From the NCBI GenBank assembly GCA_965206645.1, contig CBDBKE010000001.1:128001-192000 (forward strand): a stretch of DNA of 64,000 bases, given 5' to 3'. This DNA is from Terriglobia bacterium. GTDB taxonomy: Bacteria; Acidobacteriota; Terriglobia; JAJPHL01; JAPKYU01. Shown here piece by piece: positions 18,755-28,088 of the stretch; within the stretch, counting starts at the first letter, position 1; every line of letters starts with the position of its first letter. A program made the position numbers and the translations under genes. The notes below the pieces were generated by a model. The model did not search any database and was not told where the DNA came from. It saw only the letters and a list, made by a program, of their open reading frames with translations.

Positions 18755-21388
18755 TTGCTAAGTGCCGAGTGCCGCCTGCGGACTGCCGACCAGAAGGTCA
18801 GCCGCGGCTATGGCTTCGCTTTCGCTGCCCTGATGTCCTCGGTGGCTGCTGTCTTCTGGCGCCACCTGTTCACTTCCGACGTCCTGTTCTTCCGGGACGT
18901 TACCTTCACCCACTTCCCTCGAGTGGTGGAGATGCGTGCACTGGTTCGGTCCGGTCTGCTGCCCCTGTGGAATCCGTTCGAGCACTTCGGCGAGTCGGTC
19001 GTTGTCAATCCCAATTATCTGTTGTTTTATCCCACCACTTGGCTGACTTGGGTCCTGCCGGCGGCGTACGGCTTCAAGCTGCACTTCGTGTTGCATTTCT
19101 TTTTACTGGCAGTTGGTGCATTTCTGCTGGCGCGGCGGGTCGGCCTCAAGCCATTTCCCTGCTATGTGGCCGGGGCGCTGTTCGTTTTCAGCGGGCCGGT
19201 AATGTCGCTGGGCAATTTCTATAACGTTCTGCCGGCCACCGCCTGGATGCCACTGGCGGTCCTGGCCGCCGATTACCAGATGCGCCGGGGCGGCTGGCGA
19301 GGCGCGGGACTCGTTGCGACTTGCCTGGCGCTCCAGGTGTTCGCTGGCTCACCCCTCATCAGCCTGGTCACCATTGCATTGGTGCTCGGCTGGGCTATCG
19401 CTTTCTATGGCGACTTTGCTGCCCCCTTTTGGGCTGCCGCCAACCGCCGGCTGTTCGGCCGCTTTCTGTGGGGCCTGATGCTGGCGGGCGGACTGGCGGC
19501 GGTGCAGGTGGTCCCGACACTGTGGCACCTGCACCATACCCAACGGGCGGGCCATTTCACCTATCAGCACAGTCTGTTCTGGTCGCTGCACCCACTGAAA
19601 TTTGTCGAGATGCTCTCTCCTCAGTTCTGGGGAGACCCGTTTCTCGATGAGGGACTGCCTTGGCTCTATCTGGAAGGACGCGAGCTGTATTTGTTTCCCT
19701 CGGTGTTCATTGGCGTAGTTCCGTTGGCTCTGGCGATGGTGGCGGTACTGGTTCGTACAGCGACAGGGGGCGAAGCCGCAACTGATGGCACCAGGGCCAC
19801 GCGTCTCTGGCTAGTGGTAGGCATGGTGTCGCTGGCCCTGGCCCTGGGACGCTTCACACCTTTTGGCCTAGTGTTCTACGACCTGATCCCTCTGTTCCGC
19901 ATCTTTCGCTTTCCAGTAAAGTTCCTGGTGCCGTTCACGTTGGCGGCGACACAACTTGCGGCGCTGGGTGTCCAGTATCTGCTGCACGGACGGACTGAGG
20001 GCGCTCATGCCCGCTGGCTACGTCGTCTGAGCGTTGGACTGCTGGCGATTGGGCTGGTTTGGCTAGTCCTGACCGCCATCCCAGTCTTCTGGCCGGGCCC
20101 GGCACGGGCCCTGGCGGGCTGGCTGACGGCGCTGAAGTTTGATCACAGCCACGCCCTACACATTCGCCAGACCTTGGGGGTGGATCGGACCGAACTGCTG
20201 GCGCGCGCCACCGACTGGTTGGTGCGAGTCATTCCCGCCCGGCTTCCTGGCGTGCTGGGGGTAGCCCTGCTGATGGCCTGTGTCTTGAGCGGTAGGCTTC
20301 GCGAGTCCTTGCGCCGACGGCTCGTACTGGTGGTGGCCACTGCTGGGATTCTTCATTTGGTTTCCGGCCACCACACGCTGAACCCGCTGGCGGACCGCCG
20401 CTTGTTCGGGGACACACCACCGGCCATGCGCTACCTGGAACCCACCCACCCGCCGGCGAGTGTGCCCGCAGTTCAGCCCCCGCCGCGCGTCTTTGTAGAG
20501 TCTCCCTATTTGCCCCGTGGCAAGATGCTGGCGGACCTGGCGGCAGTGGATTTTTTGCCCCCAGCAGCGCAAGGCCTCTACACCTCCCGCTTAAGCCTGC
20601 AAGCTGGCACAGGCCTGCTGGGTGTGGAGAACACGTTCACGAATGACCCGGAGCGCATCTTGCCGCGGCCACAACAGTCCCTTATCCACCGGGTATACTG
20701 GCAGGGGCTATCCGGCGAGCCACTGGTGCGCCTGCTGCGCCTCGGCAGCGTGGACTATGCGTTGCTGAAGGGCCTCCCGTCGGCGGCGGGTTTGGAGTGG
20801 ATTGGCTCGGCCTCGAACGCGACGACCCTGCCTGTCCGGGTCTATCGGGTTCGCGATGCACTTCCGCGGGCGTACCTAGTTCGGGAGCCGATCTTTCTTG
20901 CGCGGGGGCAACCAACGATCGCCCGGCTGCTTTCGCCCGATCATGATCCTGCGCGACAGGTTGTGCTCGAGCCCTCCGATCCGGAACGCGCCCACGTGGC
21001 GGAGCCGGTCGGCCAGGCCGGCCCCGCTCTACAGCCTTCGGGAGAAGCCAGGCTGTTGCGCCGCGATGCCCTGCACGTAGAAGTCGCGGCCACTACCTCG
21101 GTTCCGGCCTATTTGGTGCTCACCGACAGCTACCACCCTGACTGGCAGGTCACGCTCAATGGAAAACCGGCCCCGCTGCTGCGCGCGAATCAGATGTTCC
21201 GTGCGGTGGCGCTGCCTCCCGGCACGCATCGCGTCGTCTTCCGCTACCAGCCGTTGTCATTGCAGTGGGGCGCCGCGGTCACATTGATGACGGCGCTGGC
21301 CATCGGATTGTTCGCTTGGCGCCGGCCGGGTCGACGAAATATGCCGGGTGAGGCAGTCAGTGGGAAAGGGCAAGGGAATTCGCGCTAG
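18755..21388 (+). CDS. YfhO-family membrane protein (putative GT-C glycosyltransferase)
   Basis: FFRD...PLWNP in first loop; FRFPVKF; C-terminal LVLTDSYHPDW...LLRAN.MFRAVALPPGTHRVVFRYQP. Confidence 0.88.
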   Translation: MLSAECRLRTADQKVSRGYGFAFAALMSSVAAVFWRHLFTSDVLFFRDVTFTHFPRVVEMRALVRSGLLPLWNPFEHFGESVVVNPNYLLFYPTTWLTWVLPAAYGFKLHFVLHFFLLAVGAFLLARRVGLKPFPCYVAGALFVFSGPVMSLGNFYNVLPATAWMPLAVLAADYQMRRGGWRGAGLVATCLALQVFAGSPLISLVTIALVLGWAIAFYGDFAAPFWAAANRRLFGRFLWGLMLAGGLAAVQVVPTLWHLHHTQRAGHFTYQHSLFWSLHPLKFVEMLSPQFWGDPFLDEGLPWLYLEGRELYLFPSVFIGVVPLALAMVAVLVRTATGGEAATDGTRATRLWLVVGMVSLALALGRFTPFGLVFYDLIPLFRIFRFPVKFLVPFTLAATQLAALGVQYLLHGRTEGAHARWLRRLSVGLLAIGLVWLVLTAIPVFWPGPARALAGWLTALKFDHSHALHIRQTLGVDRTELLARATDWLVRVIPARLPGVLGVALLMACVLSGRLRESLRRRLVLVVATAGILHLVSGHHTLNPLADRRLFGDTPPAMRYLEPTHPPASVPAVQPPPRVFVESPYLPRGKMLADLAAVDFLPPAAQGLYTSRLSLQAGTGLLGVENTFTNDPERILPRPQQSLIHRVYWQGLSGEPLVRLLRLGSVDYALLKGLPSAAGLEWIGSASNATTLPVRVYRVRDALPRAYLVREPIFLARGQPTIARLLSPDHDPARQVVLEPSDPERAHVAEPVGQAGPALQPSGEARLLRRDALHVEVAATTSVPAYLVLTDSYHPDWQVTLNGKPAPLLRANQMFRAVALPPGTHRVVFRYQPLSLQWGAAVTLMTALAIGLFAWRRPGRRNMPGEAVSGKGQGNSR

Positions 21389-21396
21389 GATTTGTT

Positions 21397-22881
21397 TTGG
21401 AATTGCAGGAAAACGTCCGCTCCGCGATACTGGGGGATGTGAGCAGCGGGACCTTGGACATCAGGCCTCGGCCACTGTTAGTGCTGTTTCTGTGTGGCTT
21501 CCTGTTTCTTTTGTACAACTCCAATCTCCGCAAGCTCTCTACTGGCGATACAATTCCCACTCGCCTTCTTCCTTTTAGTCTGCTGGTGGATGGGTCCTTC
21601 TACCTGGATAAGTGGGTCGAGCCCCATCTGGAGCGTGGGCTCCTTTATGGCCCCTACTTTGCAACCGAATCCCGCGGCCATTGGATGTCGAGCTACCCGA
21701 TCCTGACCTCGCTAGTCATTACACCGCTTTACGTCGTACCTGCGTGGTGGCTCTCCCATCAACCCGATGCTGTGCCCGCTTCCACGATCTCGCTGATCGC
21801 GGACACGATGGAGAAACTCAGCGCGGGGTTGATTGCCGCCTTATCGGCGGGAGTGCTGTATCTGGCCCTGGGGAGGGTCGTCTTGCCCTCGGGCAACTTG
21901 CTGATCGCTCTGACTTACGGGATGGCCAGCAGCACCTGGAGCATCTCCAGCCAGGCTCTGTGGACCCACGGGCTGACGCAATTGGCCTTTGCGTTCCTGT
22001 TGTGGGCGCTGTTGCGCGATCCAGCGTCTTGGAACTATGGATTCTGGGTTGGCCTGGCGCTGGCGGTCGCGGTGGCCAATAGGCCCCCGAACGCACTGCT
22101 CTTGCTGGCCGTGTTGGCTTACTTCGTTCGCCATCAGCGCAACAGGCTGGTGCTCCTGTTCGCGCCATTGTTCATCTTCGGCTTCTTGGTGCTTGCTTAC
22201 AACCTGTACTTTTTTGGCAATCTGTTCGGAGCGTATTCTTCGGCTCACCGTATCATGGGTTACAGCGGCGTCTTAGATGCCTTTTCCGGCTCTCTGGGGA
22301 ACGGTGCAGCCGGCCTGCTGATGAGCCCAAACAGGGGGCTGTTTACTTTCATGCCCTGGACGGTTTTCGCACTCTGGGGCGCGGTGCGGTTCTGGAAACA
22401 TAACAGGTTCGGTTGGGAACCGTACGTCATCGCGGGCGTGGCCGGCACCTTTATCTTTTACGCGGGGTACGATCGCTGGTGGGGCGGCTGGTGTTTCGGT
22501 CCTCGCTACCTTACCGATTTGCTGCCCTTCCTGGCGTTTTTCTTGGTTCCGGTTTGGCCTCGGATTCGGGCTGCTCCGCTGCTACAGGTTGCTTTTACGC
22601 TGGCGATCGTGGTGGCCGTATGGGTGCAGGTGGTCGGTGTGTACCACTATCCAAGTGGACGGTGGGACATCCAACCGCTCAATGTAGATATGCATCCAGA
22701 ACGCGTCTGGGACTGGCCGGACACGACAATTTCCCGCAACTGGCGGGAGGGTCCGGCAGCCCCCGATCTGTATTTACGATGGTACCTGTATTTGGCCAAG
22801 CCGGCGCTACACGAGCCGGCTGTGGGGAAATCCCCAGGCTCGGGCCCCAGGAGCCGCATGCTGACTCGCCCGGCTCCCTAG
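21397..22881 (+). CDS. Putative GT-C (PMT/ArnT-like) membrane glycosyltransferase
   Basis: GDTIP loop after TM1; SQALWTHG; WWGGWCFGPRYLTDLLP; many TMs. Confidence 0.72.
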   Translation: MELQENVRSAILGDVSSGTLDIRPRPLLVLFLCGFLFLLYNSNLRKLSTGDTIPTRLLPFSLLVDGSFYLDKWVEPHLERGLLYGPYFATESRGHWMSSYPILTSLVITPLYVVPAWWLSHQPDAVPASTISLIADTMEKLSAGLIAALSAGVLYLALGRVVLPSGNLLIALTYGMASSTWSISSQALWTHGLTQLAFAFLLWALLRDPASWNYGFWVGLALAVAVANRPPNALLLLAVLAYFVRHQRNRLVLLFAPLFIFGFLVLAYNLYFFGNLFGAYSSAHRIMGYSGVLDAFSGSLGNGAAGLLMSPNRGLFTFMPWTVFALWGAVRFWKHNRFGWEPYVIAGVAGTFIFYAGYDRWWGGWCFGPRYLTDLLPFLAFFLVPVWPRIRAAPLLQVAFTLAIVVAVWVQVVGVYHYPSGRWDIQPLNVDMHPERVWDWPDTTISRNWREGPAAPDLYLRWYLYLAKPALHEPAVGKSPGSGPRSRMLTRPAP

Positions 22882-22906
22882 CTTCAATCGTTTCTCGTCA
22901 ATCGCG

Positions 22907-23155
22907 TCACTGCCTGTCGCATGACCGCTGGGTAAGACTCGGAATTCCACCGAAATCGCTGGTGGACATTTTCTTTCCCCTCGAGCCGCGAGCCTCCCGG
23001 CATGCCTTCACGAATGCCGCCGCAAGAACAACTACAATAAGCCAGCCTTGCCACGAACTCGCTCGCCATTCGTTTGCGAAATACCACGGAAATCCACCGG
23101 ACCAGAATGTATAAACACCAAATGAAAACACGCCACTTGACACATAATACGCCAG
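22907..23155 (-). pseudogene. 3' remnant of a membrane-protein gene truncated by IS3
   Basis: Frame LAYYVSSGVFSFGVYTFWSGGFPWYFANEW...WLIVVVLAAAF begins exactly at the IS end with no start of its own. Confidence 0.5.
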
Positions 23156-24417
23156 TGACCTGCCCCCGGTTATTGGTCCACCTTCCATGGTAGTCCATAC
23201 GCCGTTGCAGCCGGGTGGAGCGGAGCGGAACCCGGCGGTAACGGCAGGATCACTTCCGGGGCTGGCGGCCGGTAGCCCAACGCGCTGTGCGGGCGAACTC
23301 TGTTATACTCCCGCCGCCATCCCTCAATCAACACCTTCGCTTCCCGCAAGGTGTAAAAGATCTCTCCATTCAGAAACTCGTCTCGAAACTTCCCGTTAAA
23401 CGATTCCACATACCCGTTTTCCCAGGGGCTCGCAGGCTCGATGAACAGGGTTTTCACCCCGACCCGTTCCAGCCAGTCCCGTACCAACCGAGCGGTGAAC
23501 TCGGACCCATTATCCGAGCGAAGGTAATCGGGAACTCCCCGCTCCACAAACAAGGCTGCTAGCCGTTCCAAAACACTCATCGAATCGGCTCGCCGTTCTA
23601 CGTCGATCGCCAAACACTCTCGCGTGTATTCATCCACCACCGTCAAGATCTTCAGTGGACGACCATCGTGGGTTCGATCTGCCACAAAATCGTACGCCCA
23701 GACATGATCCTGCCAGCACGGTCTTAACCGAAGGCACGACCCATCGTTCAACCACAGCCGGCCTCTGCGGGGCTGTTTCTTCGGCACTTTCAGTCCCTCC
23801 TGCCGCCAGATTCTCTCTACCCGCTTGTGGTTCACCCGCCACCCCTCCCGGCGCAACAGCGCCGTGATCCGCCGATAGCCATAACGGCCGTACTCGCCGG
23901 CTAACTGCAGCGTCCGAGTTGCCAGGCTCGGTTCATCCTGTGGCGCCAAGGTTCGATGCCGTTGCGTGGATCGATTCTGTCCTACCACCCGACACGCCCG
24001 CCGCTCCGACACCCCCATGGCTTGGCAGACATGCTTCACTGCCTGCCGCCGTCGGGGCGGGCTCAGAAGTTTCCCGAGGATGTCTCCTTCAGAATCGCAA
24101 GGTCCAACGCCTGATCTGCTACCAACTTCTTCAGTCGGCCATTCTCCCCTTCCAGTTCCTTCAGACGCCTCACCTGATCCACTCGTAAGCTCCCGTACTC
24201 CTTCCGCCATCGGTAATAGGTCTGCTCCGTAATTCCCAACTTCCGACAGACCCCTCCCGTTGTCTGGCCCTTGGCCAGCTCCACTTCCGCCTCTCGTAGA
24301 TGTCGGATGATCTGTTCGGCTGGATATCGCTTCTTCGGCATTCCTCCCCCCTTCCATGTCCAGTCCGTACCCTAACCTCTAACTTATCAACTGGACCGAT
24401 TGAAGGGGGGCAGGTCA
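23156..24417 (-). mobile_element. IS3-family insertion sequence (IS407-like), 1262 bp
   Basis: Ends TGACCTGCCCCC...TGGTCCA and TGGACC...GGGGGCAGGTCA; orfA plus DDE orfB. No flanking target duplication. Confidence 0.95.
23170..24341 (-). CDS. IS3 transposase OrfA (24063-24341) / OrfB joined by -1 frameshift
   Basis: OrfA HTH TYYRWRKEYG; OrfB WAYDF, RSDNGSEF, PWENGYVESFNG; slippery GGGAAAC at 24069-24075. Confidence 0.93.
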
Positions 24418-24423
24418 TCGCTT

Positions 24424-24448
24424 AGACACATACGCCAGCCGCCCTGTC
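24424..24448. repeat. 25-bp direct repeat, copy 1
   Basis: agacacatacgccagccgccctgtc; 24/25 identical to 26167-26191. Confidence 0.85.
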
Positions 24449-24562
24449 GCGACTGTGTTGCGACTGTCACGGTTTGGCCGGGGACACGCATGCTACGCCC
24501 CGCCTGCGGGCAAGTCAACGTGGCGCCGCGTCCGGCTTCCAGCGTGGTTTCCCGAACTTCAG

Positions 24563-25018
24563 CTACTGCTTGACTGCAGTCCCCTGGACTTCGAAATGGC
24601 CCCCAAGCAGCAACGACGCCACTCCGATGAAAGCTCGCGATGGGAAATTCTTGTTGAAATATGTGCGATACACAGCGTTGAACCTGGCGTAAAGGGAGAG
24701 GTCAGTGCAGAAGACCTGCACGGAGACGAGATTCTCCATCGTCATATCAGCTTTAGCCAGGGTCGCTTTCATTTCATCAAGGGCGAGGCGGACCTCTTGT
24801 TCGAGATCATCGGGGACCTTGCCAGTCTTAGGATCGACACCGAGAGTGCCGGCAAGGTACAGGGCGTTTCCTACCATGACGCCGTTGCTAAATGGCAATT
24901 GGTCCGTACGGTCGGAAAAATTAATGTAGCGGCGCTCAACGGTTTGGCCTTGCAGCAAGACTGTCCCAGTTAAAAGCCACATCGAAATTCCGAAGGCAAA
25001 AACCTTCCTGGATGTCAT
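24563..25018 (-). CDS. RidA/YjgF family protein with signal peptide
   Basis: PFS.GV..GN.LYLAG, FNAVY..YF...FPSRA, HFEV; hydrophobic N-terminal leader. Confidence 0.9.
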   Translation of the reverse strand: MTSRKVFAFGISMWLLTGTVLLQGQTVERRYINFSDRTDQLPFSNGVMVGNALYLAGTLGVDPKTGKVPDDLEQEVRLALDEMKATLAKADMTMENLVSVQVFCTDLSLYARFNAVYRTYFNKNFPSRAFIGVASLLLGGHFEVQGTAVKQ

Positions 25019-25074
25019 CGTTTCTCCTCCATATTAAATGTTGTGCGTCTGTCGAGTTTATTTAGCGTGCTTCG

Positions 25075-26085
25075 CTAATGTGGAATCCGGATCTTAGCCA
25101 GATAGATGCTGGTCTTGGCTTCGTGGGAGGAATAGTAGCTCATCCACAGCAGATTATTGTGCCACACCAGTCCCGGATAGCTGGTGTCTCCACCGCTCGG
25201 CAACGTGAGCACCGGCTCATAACTGTTGCGAGTCATTCTCGCCAAGACGGTGGTTGTTGTGCCGTCGGGGTGATACCTCCGACCCGCCGCCCAAAGACTG
25301 CCGTCGGGAAGCCGTATGAAATTGGGGCCTCCGATGCGGAGCTTCATCTTGTGGAACGTCCACTGCTTATACGGCGGCTGACTGGTTCCAATCCACGAGG
25401 GTCGCACAAGGGCAATCAGCTCCCCGTTAGGCAGAAACCGGAGAGTCGTTTCGCTGATCCGATCGACCTCAAGCTCCGTGATCCACTGCCAGCGAAGACC
25501 ATCGGTACTTAAATACAAGAATCCTCGCCTCGGTTTGCTTCCTTCGTTGAGTTTCGAGACGCTGTAGGCGAGGCCTTTGTGCCACGTCACCCGCCACAAC
25601 CAGTGGTCTTCCGCCAGCACCCGCTGAGGGGGTGTCCATTCCCGTCCGTCTCGCGAAAAGGCCACCCGTGGAGCACGTGTCTGATAGACAGTTCCGTCGT
25701 AAACGGTGCCGCCGGCAACCATCATGAGCCGGCCGTCAGGCATGATCGAGAGTTTTGGATCTCGCAGGTCAATCCCTTCTTCCACGAGGAGCGCCGCGGA
25801 TTCCCACTTTCCCCCATCTCTCGACGTTAGGACCCGCAACTTTCCAATTGACCCGCCGTGTGACTCTGCCTCGCGGAATATACAGTACCAGCGGTTCTGA
25901 AATCGAATCAGGTCGGTGAAGGCACTGTGGGGTGCACGATCCCAAATTTTTCGGACGGAGATGATCTCAGGCTGATCTGTTGCCTCGGTCGCCCGAGTGC
26001 GATGACTGCCCCACAACACTACTCCTGCAAGAAGAGTACCCGTCAATACTACGAACCGAGCACGTTGGGCTCTGCCAGGAAACAT
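25075..26085 (-). CDS. Exported BNR/sialidase-like beta-propeller protein
   Basis: Asp-box motifs SRDGGKW, SRDGREW, STDGLRW; HSAFTDL; GGDTSYPG. Start ATG 26085. Confidence 0.82.
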   Translation of the reverse strand: MFPGRAQRARFVVLTGTLLAGVVLWGSHRTRATEATDQPEIISVRKIWDRAPHSAFTDLIRFQNRWYCIFREAESHGGSIGKLRVLTSRDGGKWESAALLVEEGIDLRDPKLSIMPDGRLMMVAGGTVYDGTVYQTRAPRVAFSRDGREWTPPQRVLAEDHWLWRVTWHKGLAYSVSKLNEGSKPRRGFLYLSTDGLRWQWITELEVDRISETTLRFLPNGELIALVRPSWIGTSQPPYKQWTFHKMKLRIGGPNFIRLPDGSLWAAGRRYHPDGTTTTVLARMTRNSYEPVLTLPSGGDTSYPGLVWHNNLLWMSYYSSHEAKTSIYLAKIRIPH

Positions 26086-26166
26086 TTTCACTTCGGTTCG
26101 TCCTTTCAGCGCGTGACGCAAGGGTGGCCTCTCGACCCCCACACTACACCAGGATCGAGCTTCCCC

Positions 26167-26191
26167 AGACCCATACGCCAGCCGCCCTGTC
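26167..26191. repeat. 25-bp direct repeat, copy 2
   Basis: agacccatacgccagccgccctgtc. Confidence 0.85.
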
Positions 26192-26253
26192 CACTCAAGC
26201 TCAGATCTGGAGAGCGATTCGGCCCGCGTGTTCAACGGGCAGGCTTTCAACGT

Positions 26254-26784
26254 CTATGCTGGGCTGTGATGTCGAAGCGCTGCTACGGGCGAAATCATTC
26301 CGTGTGGCCGCTCCGGATCCATGTTGGCTCCGCGCGCCGCCTCTCGCGTCATCGAACCCGCCGGGACGGAGCGCTGCCCTGGAATCACCGGCCAAGGCAG
26401 CCACCACTGGTCGGTGTGGGGCTCCATGATGCCGCCGGGCCTGGCAATATTAGCGGTAAAGCTTGAGAGAACGTACTCTTTTTCCAAAACATGGCCGACC
26501 AACTCGCGGGCACGCTTGTGAAAGAGCAGATCGCGAAACACCTTGCCCTTATTGACGAGGAACCAGAGGCGCTGATTGACGCCAGCGCCGTCGGGGCCGG
26601 CGTCTTGGTAGGCATCGCCCCGCTGCAACTCAGCGGCGGCCTGTTCTTCAAGGCGTGTCCGCAAAGCGGCGACTTCATCGCTGCTCAGGGCATTCTCGAT
26701 AAAGCAATAACCATGCTTGTCGAGGTCGGACTTCTGTTGTTCGATCGGCGACGCGAGTTCCGGAATTGCGTTCGTGACACCCAT
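26254..26784 (-). pseudogene. Phytanoyl-CoA dioxygenase (PhyH) family, C-terminally truncated
   Basis: DLDKHGYCFIENALS, NQRLWFLVNKG, first metal motif HTD. Stops at 176 aa without the distal His strand. Confidence 0.75.
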
Positions 26785-26842
26785 CGAATATTCGCGGAGA
26801 TTATAGCAGGCGCGCAACCCAGGGAGTACACGCAACGAACCC

Positions 26843-28088
26843 ATGACGCCGGATCAAGAGCAAAAGCGTCCCGGAGTTCCATGGTTCCTCATTTTTGTCT
26901 TACTTGGATCCACAACGATCAACTACATCGATCGCATGGCAATCTCCGTGCTCGCGCCGACGTTACGAGACGAGTTCGGCATGTCGAATACGGCCTATGC
27001 CTGGGTCATCAACGCCTTTCATTCGGCTACCTAATTTCCTACAGCGTGGGCGGCCGGCTCGCGGATCGCTGGGGTGTTCGCTTTGCCCTGACGGTCTACG
27101 TGCTCTGGTGGTCGGACGCCGGCGCGTTGCACGCGTTCGCAACAGGCGCCTTGACCCTGGGAGTGTTCCGCTTCCTGTTGTCGGTCGGGGAGGGAGGCAC
27201 GTGGCCGACCGTGGTGAAGGCCGTCGCCCAGAACGTGCCCGGACCGATGCGCTCATTCTCGATCGGCATCGTGAACAACGGTTCATCGATAGGAGCGGCC
27301 ATTACGCCCCCGCTCGTCGGTTGGCTAACCCTCAACTGGGGATGGCGAACGGCTTTTCTCGTGACCGCCGCGATCGGTCTCGTGTGGCTGCCGTTTTGGC
27401 GAATTACCAGCGAACGCGCGGCCAGGTTCGCCCCCCAAGAGGCGACTGAGAAAGGCGATTCTTGGATCAAGCTACTCAAATACAAGCAGAGCTGGCGACG
27501 TTTCTGTGCCGCGGCTTGGGCGATCCGATGTTCGGCTTTTACCTCTTCTGGCTGCCGGAGTACCTGACCCGCGAACGGGGAATGGACCTCAGCCAGATGG
27601 CGGCCATCGTCTGGATTCCATTCCTGGCAGCGGACGTCGGGAATCTAGTTGGGGGCGGTGTCACGTCGTGGCTGATTTCACGCGGATGGTCGATCGACCG
27701 AGCCCGCAAAACCGTGATGCACACGATGGCCGTCTGCACCATGGTGGGAATGGCGGTGCCGTTCGTCGAGAGCGTGAATGCCAGTATCGCGCTCTTGGCG
27801 CTGACTGGTTTGTTCTTCATGACGTGGTCGGTCAACGCCGTCATTCAACCCTCAGATTGGTTTTCGCCTCGAAACGTCGGCACGGTCTTTGGGTTGTCCG
27901 GCACCGGCAGCGGACTCGGAAACTTGATCATGAATGCCATCGTGGGTTGGGTGTTAGACAGAACCGGGAGCTATCGCGCAGTGTTTATCGGCGTAGGATT
28001 CCTCGTACCGACGGCTCAATTCTTGGTGACCGTGATTGGCGGGCGCATCGAGCGTGTGGACGCAGGCGAAATCCATCAGAGAGCCTAA
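26843..28088 (+). pseudogene. ExuT/ACS-type MFS transporter split by two frameshifts
   Basis: INYIDRMAISV (first frame), GRLADRWG...VGEGG.WP (second frame), FYLFWLPEYL...GNLVGG (third segment). Shifts near 27020 and 27497. Confidence 0.88.
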
